Shown piece by piece: positions 27,264 through 32,000 of a stretch of DNA of 32,000 nt (position 1 is the first letter of the stretch; the number at the start of each line of letters is the position of its first letter). The stretch is from Mycobacteriales bacterium (GTDB taxonomy: Bacteria > Actinomycetota > Actinomycetes > Mycobacteriales > Mycobacteriaceae). A program made the position numbers and the translations under genes. The notes beneath the pieces were generated by a model, which was not told where the DNA came from, ran no database searches, and saw only the letters and a program-made list of their open reading frames with translations. Location of the stretch: positions 1-32,000 of the forward strand of contig JBBSUN010000014.1 in assembly GCA_038234335.1 (NCBI GenBank). Reading direction: 5' to 3'.

Positions 27264-28370
27264 ATGGGCGCAGTGAGACGCGTGCTGGCCGCTGCGGCGG
27301 TGCTGACCGGGGCCGGGGTCGGTCGGGCGCTGTGGGGCCTGCCGAACGCGATGGGGGCCTCACGCCGGACGGTGCGCCCCTGGGTGGCGGGATCCCCGCA
27401 CCACCGCGACGGCGACTTCCACAACTCGCTGCCCGCGACGGTCCTGGCCCCCGGGGGCATCGGACGGTTGCTGCGGCGGTGGATCGTGCAGGGTCGGCCC
27501 CAGGGCCCGACCGCGGCGGTGCCGGTGGTGGCGACGTCGCTTCCCGCCGACGCCGCGGAGCTGGCCGCGACCTGGTTCGGCCACTCCAGCGTGCTGCTGG
27601 AGGTCGACGGGGCCCGCGTGCTGGCCGACCCGGTCTGGGGGCACCGGGTCTCGCCGTCGCCGGTGTTCGGGCCCACCCGGCTGCACCCGGTGCCCCTGGC
27701 GCTGGAGGCGCTGCCCCCGGTGGACGCCGTCCTCATCAGCCACGACCACTACGACCACCTCGACCTGCCCACGGTGCGGGTGCTGCTGGCCACCCAGACC
27801 GCCCCGTTCGTGGTGCCGCTCGGGGTGGGGGCGCACCTGCGGCGGTGGGGGGTGCCCGAGGCGCGGATCGCCGAGCTCGACTGGGACGGCACCCGCACCG
27901 TGGGGGAGCTGACGCTCACCTGCACCGAGGCGCGGCACTTCTCCGGTCGCGGGCTGGGCAACAACCCCACCCAGTGGGCGTCCTGGGTGGTCGCCGGGCC
28001 GCGGCACCGGGTCTTCTACGGCGGCGACACCGGCTACACCCCGGCGTTCACCGAGATCGGGGGGCGGCACGGCCCCTTCGACCTCACCGTGCTGCCCGTC
28101 GGGGCCTACAACGAGCAGTGGCCCGACATCCACCTCGACCCGGAGCAGGCGGTGCGGGCGCACCGCGAGCTGAACCCCGGTGCTGCCGCGGGTGCGCTGC
28201 TCCCCGTCCACTGGGCCACCTTCACCCTCGCCTTCCACCCTTGGGACGAGCCGGTGACGCGGCTGCTCGCGGCGGCGGACGGTCTGGCGGTGGTGGTGCC
28301 CCGACCGGGGGAGCGGGTCGACCTGGCCGAGCTGCCCGCGCTCGTCGACTGGTGGTCCGCCGTCGCCTGA
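27264..28370 (+). CDS. MBL-fold metallo-hydrolase (NAPE-PLD/Zn-dependent hydrolase-like), N-terminal signal/anchor
   Basis: WFGHSSVLLEVDGARVLADPVW...LISHDHYDHLD...FYGGDTGY...HWATF, preceded by the hydrophobic N-terminus MGAVRRVLAAAAVLTGAGVG. The start is ATG 27264 within the 455-aa track ORF. Confidence 0.85.
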   Translation: MGAVRRVLAAAAVLTGAGVGRALWGLPNAMGASRRTVRPWVAGSPHHRDGDFHNSLPATVLAPGGIGRLLRRWIVQGRPQGPTAAVPVVATSLPADAAELAATWFGHSSVLLEVDGARVLADPVWGHRVSPSPVFGPTRLHPVPLALEALPPVDAVLISHDHYDHLDLPTVRVLLATQTAPFVVPLGVGAHLRRWGVPEARIAELDWDGTRTVGELTLTCTEARHFSGRGLGNNPTQWASWVVAGPRHRVFYGGDTGYTPAFTEIGGRHGPFDLTVLPVGAYNEQWPDIHLDPEQAVRAHRELNPGAAAGALLPVHWATFTLAFHPWDEPVTRLLAAADGLAVVVPRPGERVDLAELPALVDWWSAVA

Positions 28371-28420
28371 CCCCCGGCTGCTGCTCGCCGCTCCGCACGT
28401 CTTCGCGACAGAGCAGGGGT

Positions 28421-28470
28421 TTGTCAACAAGGATTGACGCAGCCGAGTGCGTCAATGTAGGTTGACCGCG
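28421..28470 (+). promoter_or_regulatory. promoter plus palindromic operator upstream of the HTH/NRPS unit
   Basis: TTGTCAACAAGG-ATTGACGCA-GCCGAG-TGCGTCAAT-GTAGGTTGACCGCG-ATG. A perfect 9-bp inverted repeat spans 28433-28441/28448-28456. The promoter reads -35 TTGACG (28434-28439), an 18-nt spacer, then -10 TAGGTT (28458-28463), 7 nt before ATG 28471, which predicts a leaderless transcript. Confidence 0.55.
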
Positions 28471-28680
28471 ATGTCCAGAGCCACCCGCCTCGCCCGCGCC
28501 GCGGGTTCCGACGACCCGTCGACCGGCCTGGGAGCCGTTGCTGCGCTGCGTGTCCAGCTGGAGGAGCTCGAGGCGACGCAGGTGGGCAACGCCCGCAACC
28601 GGGGCTGGTCCTGGGCGGAGATCGCCACCGAGCTCGGCGTCAGCCGCCAGGCCGTGCACAAGAAGCACGCCACCAGCTGA
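28471..28680 (+). CDS. small helix-turn-helix DNA-binding protein (69 aa)
   Basis: MSRATRLARAAG...ARNRGWSWAEIATELGVSRQAVHKKH is a sigma-70 region-4-like / Hin-like HTH. The track start at 28447 lies inside the operator, so ATG 28471 is preferred. Confidence 0.75.
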   Translation: MSRATRLARAAGSDDPSTGLGAVAALRVQLEELEATQVGNARNRGWSWAEIATELGVSRQAVHKKHATS

Positions 28681-28699
28681 GCGCCCGGAGGAAACACCG

Positions 28700-31600
28700 T
28701 TGTCCCCAAGCAGGTCCCCCAGCACGACCACCGACCCGCTCCGGCGCGCCGGGCACGCCCCGCCGGCCCGCACCCTGCTGGACGTCCTCGCCGCCACCAC
28801 GGCCGCCCACCCCGACGAGCCCGCGCTGGACGACGGCACCACCGTCCTCACCTACCTCGAGCTGGCCGCCGCCGCGCACGCGCTGGCCCGCAGGCTGGCC
28901 CGGCGTGGGGTCGGTCCGGGCGCACGGGTGGGGGTGCGGATGCCGTCGGGCTCGGTCGAGCTCTACGTCGCGATCCTCGGGATCCTCGCCGCCGGGGCCG
29001 CGTACGTGCCCGTCGACGTGGACGACCCCGACGAGCGGGCGCAGCTGGTCTTCGGCGAGGCCGCCGTCGCGCTGGTGCTGGACGGCACCGTGCTGGAGGG
29101 CCCCGTGGTGGAGGGCACCGTGCTGGAGGGCCCCGTGCTGGAGGGCCCCGACTCGGACGGGAGCGACCTGCCGGGCACCGCCGCCGAGCCCACCGCACCG
29201 GGCCTGACCGACGACGCCTGGATCATCTTCACCTCCGGCTCCACCGGCACCCCCAAGGGCGTCGCGGTGAGCCACCGCAGCGCGGCCGCCTTCGTCGATG
29301 CGGAGGCGCGCCTGTTCTGCGTCGACGCGCCCCTGGGCCCCGGGGACCGGGTGCTCGCCGGGCTGTCGGTCGCCTTCGACGCCAGCTGCGAGGAGATGTG
29401 GCTCGCCTGGGGCCACGGGGCCGCCCTGGTCCCCGCCCCGCGCGCGCTCGTGCGCACCGGGACCGACCTCGGGCCCTGGCTGGTGGCGCGGGAGATCACC
29501 GTGGTCTCCACCGTCCCCACCCTCGCCGCGCTGTGGCCCGCCGAGGCGCTCGAGGCCGTGCGGCTGCTCGTCTTCGGCGGCGAGGCGTGCCCCGAGGAGC
29601 TCGCGGCCCGCCTCTCCGTGCCCGGGCGCGAGGTGTGGAACACCTACGGCCCCACCGAGGCCACCGTCGTCGCGTGTGCGGCACGACTGGGCGGGGACGG
29701 TCCGGTGCGGATCGGGCTGCCGCTGGACGGCTGGGACCTCGCCGTGCTCGACCCCGACGGGAACCCGGTGGGCGAGGGTTCCTCCGGCGAGCTGGTCATC
29801 GGCGGAGTGGGTCTGGCCCGGTACCTCGACCCGGCCAAGGACGCCGAGAAGTACGCTCCTGCAGCGGTGCTGGGCTGGGACCGCGCCTACCGCTCCGGTG
29901 ACCAGGTTCGCAACGACGCCGCGGGTCTGGTGTTCGTGGGGCGTCTGGACGACCAGGTCAAGCTGGGCGGGCGCCGCATCGAGCTCGGCGAGGTCGACGC
30001 GGCGCTGGCCGCTGCACCCGGGGTCGCCGGCGCCGCTGCCGCCGTGCGCGGCCCGGCCGGGGGCCACCAGCTGCTCGTGGGCTACGTGGTGCCCGGGCCG
30101 GGCTACGACCGCGACGTCGTGCGTGCCCAGCTGCGCGAGACCCTGCCCGCCGCCCTGGTGCCGCTGCTGGCCGAGGTGCGGACGCTGCCCACCCGCACCT
30201 CCGGCAAGGTGGACCGTGGGGCGCTGCCCTGGCCCCTGGAGCAGGGACCCACCGTCGAGCTCGACGGCACCGCCGGGTGGGTCGCCCGGCGGTGGGCGGG
30301 TGTCCTGGGCTCCACCCCGGGTCTCGACGACGACTTCTTCACCCACGGCGGGGGCAGCCTGGCCGCCGCCCAGCTCGTGGCCGCCCTGCGCGCCCGCCAC
30401 CCGGGGGTCACCGTGGCCGACGTCTACGACCACCCACGCCTCGGCGCGCTGGCCGGGCACCTGGACTCCCTGCGCCCCGCCGAGGTCGTCACCGAGCGGC
30501 ACGTGCGGCCGGTGCCGCGGCGGGCCCAGGCCGTGCAGGTGGCGCTCACGCTCCTGCTGCAGACCCTCGTCGGGCTGCGGTGGCTGACCTGGACCGCGCT
30601 GCTGGCCAACAGCCTGGCCGCGGTCACCGGGGCGCCCTGGCTGCCCACCACGTCGTGGTGGTGGGTGGTGCTGGGGTGGCTGCTGCTGGGCACCCCACCC
30701 GGGCGGATGGGCGTCTCCGTGCTCGGGTCCCGGCTGCTGCTGCGCGGCGTCGTCCCCGGTGCGCACCCGCGCGGCGGCTCGGTGCACCTGCGGCTGTGGT
30801 GCTGCGAGCAGCTCGCCGCGGCCAGCGGCGCCGCGAACCTCGCCGGGGCCCCCTGGATCACCTACTACGCGCGGGCGCTGGGGGCCACGCTCGGTCCCGG
30901 GGTGGACCTGCACTCGTTGCCCCCGGTGACCGGGATGCTGACGCTGGGGGCAGGGGCCTCGATCGAGCCCGAGGTGGACCTCGCCGGGTACTGGCTCGAC
31001 GGGGACGTGCTGCACCTCGGGCGGGTGCACGTCGGCGCCGACGCGCACGTCGGGGCCCGCAGCACCCTGCTGCCGGGGGCGCACCTGGGCCGCGGCGCGC
31101 ACCTGTCCGCCGGGTCCTCGCTGGACGCCACCGTGCCCCCGGAGCAGACGTGGGCTGGCTCCCCGGCGGTGCGCACCCCGGTGGCCCGCCCGTCCTGGCC
31201 GCCCGCCCGCCCCCAGCGCGCCCCGGGCTGGGTGCCCGCCTACGGGGTGGCCTCCGCCGTCCTCGGGGCGCTGCCGCTGCTGGCGGCGTCCGTCGGGCTC
31301 GTCGTCGTCGGCTCCCTGGTGGCCGGGGCGGACTCCCTCGGCTCCGCCACCACCCGTGCCCTGCTCGCGGCGCCGCTGGGGGCGCTCGTCGCGCTGGTGG
31401 TCTTCGCCGGGCTCGTGCTGGGCGGGGTGCGGGCGCTCAGCGTCGGCATCCGGGCCGGGCACCACCCCGTGCGCAGCCGCACCGGGTGGCAGGTGTGGGC
31501 CACGCTGCGGCTGATGGACGACGCCCGCACCTGGCTGTTCCCGCTGTACTCCTCGCTGGCCACCCCCGTGTGGCTGCGGCTGCTCGGGGCGCGCATCGGG

Positions 31601-32000
31601 CGCGGCGTGGAGGCCTCGACCGTCCTCATGCTCCCGTCGCTGACCACGGTGCGCGACGGGGCGTTCCTCGCCGACGACACCATGGTCGGCACCTACGAGC
31701 TCGGGGGCGGCTGGATCAGGGTGGAGCGCACCCGCATCGGGCGTCGGGCGTTCCTGGGCAACTCCGGGTTCACCGGGCCCGGCCGCAAGGTCCCCCGCGA
31801 CGGGCTCGTGGCCGTCCTCGCCGGCACCCCCCGCAAGGCCAAGGCGGGCTCGTCGTGGCTGGGCAGCCCCCCGGTCCGGTTGCGCCGCAACGCCGCCGAG
31901 GTCGATGAGTCGCGCACCTTCGCCCCGACGCCCCGGCTGCGGGTGGCCCGCTCGCTGGTGGAGCTGTGCCGGGTGGTCCCCGTGGCGATCTCCGTCGCGC
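28700..32000 (+). CDS. Pls/PosA-type single-module non-ribosomal peptide synthetase (A-T-TM-LbH repeats), partial at the window end
   Basis: A frame open from TTG 28700 (GGAGGA at 28687-28692) to the window end, at least 1100 codons, and not listed in the ORF track. It carries A-domain cores AYVPVD, FTSGSTGTPKG (about 29227-29260), NTYGPTE, GELVIGG, YRSGD, GRLDDQVKLGGRRIELGE and SGKVDR, plus T-domain FFTHGGGSL (Ser codon 30356-30358). Paired hydrophobic segments then alternate with hexapeptide-repeat soluble domains. No C or TE domain is present. Confidence 0.85.
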   Translation, partial: MSPSRSPSTTTDPLRRAGHAPPARTLLDVLAATTAAHPDEPALDDGTTVLTYLELAAAAHALARRLARRGVGPGARVGVRMPSGSVELYVAILGILAAGAAYVPVDVDDPDERAQLVFGEAAVALVLDGTVLEGPVVEGTVLEGPVLEGPDSDGSDLPGTAAEPTAPGLTDDAWIIFTSGSTGTPKGVAVSHRSAAAFVDAEARLFCVDAPLGPGDRVLAGLSVAFDASCEEMWLAWGHGAALVPAPRALVRTGTDLGPWLVAREITVVSTVPTLAALWPAEALEAVRLLVFGGEACPEELAARLSVPGREVWNTYGPTEATVVACAARLGGDGPVRIGLPLDGWDLAVLDPDGNPVGEGSSGELVIGGVGLARYLDPAKDAEKYAPAAVLGWDRAYRSGDQVRNDAAGLVFVGRLDDQVKLGGRRIELGEVDAALAAAPGVAGAAAAVRGPAGGHQLLVGYVVPGPGYDRDVVRAQLRETLPAALVPLLAEVRTLPTRTSGKVDRGALPWPLEQGPTVELDGTAGWVARRWAGVLGSTPGLDDDFFTHGGGSLAAAQLVAALRARHPGVTVADVYDHPRLGALAGHLDSLRPAEVVTERHVRPVPRRAQAVQVALTLLLQTLVGLRWLTWTALLANSLAAVTGAPWLPTTSWWWVVLGWLLLGTPPGRMGVSVLGSRLLLRGVVPGAHPRGGSVHLRLWCCEQLAAASGAANLAGAPWITYYARALGATLGPGVDLHSLPPVTGMLTLGAGASIEPEVDLAGYWLDGDVLHLGRVHVGADAHVGARSTLLPGAHLGRGAHLSAGSSLDATVPPEQTWAGSPAVRTPVARPSWPPARPQRAPGWVPAYGVASAVLGALPLLAASVGLVVVGSLVAGADSLGSATTRALLAAPLGALVALVVFAGLVLGGVRALSVGIRAGHHPVRSRTGWQVWATLRLMDDARTWLFPLYSSLATPVWLRLLGARIGRGVEASTVLMLPSLTTVRDGAFLADDTMVGTYELGGGWIRVERTRIGRRAFLGNSGFTGPGRKVPRDGLVAVLAGTPRKAKAGSSWLGSPPVRLRRNAAEVDESRTFAPTPRLRVARSLVELCRVVPVAISVA

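Noticed and set aside
28640-31465. A 941-aa minus-strand ORF
   Set aside because: It is the antisense shadow of the plus-strand Pls-like NRPS. The plus frame contains the full set of A- and T-domain core motifs, while the minus translation is low-complexity (for example GALQHGALQHGALHHGALQHG, derived from the VLEGP repeat).

Overview
The window is about 72-73% GC and looks actinobacterial. It is densely coding, and most long ORFs in the supplied track are antisense or out-of-frame shadows of real genes.

**Left part (1-5.5 kb), accessory-looking**
- The 3' end of an IS30-family transposase lies at the window edge.
- It is followed by a Zn-ADH / SDR / Tyr-phosphatase operon.
- Next come a Phd-type antitoxin plus PIN (VapC) toxin pair, a family III CoA-transferase and an LLM flavin oxidoreductase.

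**Centre (5.8-17.6 kb), purine (urate) catabolism**
- A plus-strand pair encodes a GGCT/allophanate-hydrolase-C-terminal-like protein coupled to allantoicase.
- A tightly packed nine-gene minus-strand operon runs uraD-uraH-uricase-NCS2 permease-hyi-glxR-gcl-glxK-allB.
- A YkoF-like small protein plus HTH regulator pair precedes that operon.
- No ureidoglycolate lyase or hydrolase is visible.

**Right part (17.6-32 kb)**
- Genes are fdhA, a MarR+MFS pair, and a translationally coupled HipA/PI3-4K-like kinase + DUF3037 pair of unknown function.
- These are followed by an aldo-keto reductase, a flavin monooxygenase-like gene divergent from an AraC regulator, and a quinone oxidoreductase.
- That oxidoreductase sits behind an unusual leader: 20-bp tandem repeats, a uORF with a Shine-Dalgarno (SD) site, and nested stems.
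- A small hypothetical gene and an MBL-fold hydrolase come next.
- Last is a small HTH gene with a palindromic operator, followed by a large Pls/PosA-type single-module NRPS (A-T-TM-LbH architecture).
- The NRPS runs off the right edge and is absent from the supplied ORF track.

**Most interesting candidates**
- The Pls-like synthetase locus.
- The kinase+DUF3037 cassette.
- The regulatory architecture of the urate regulon and of the quinone oxidoreductase leader.

All functional calls rest on reading the translations and recalling family motifs. No database search was possible.
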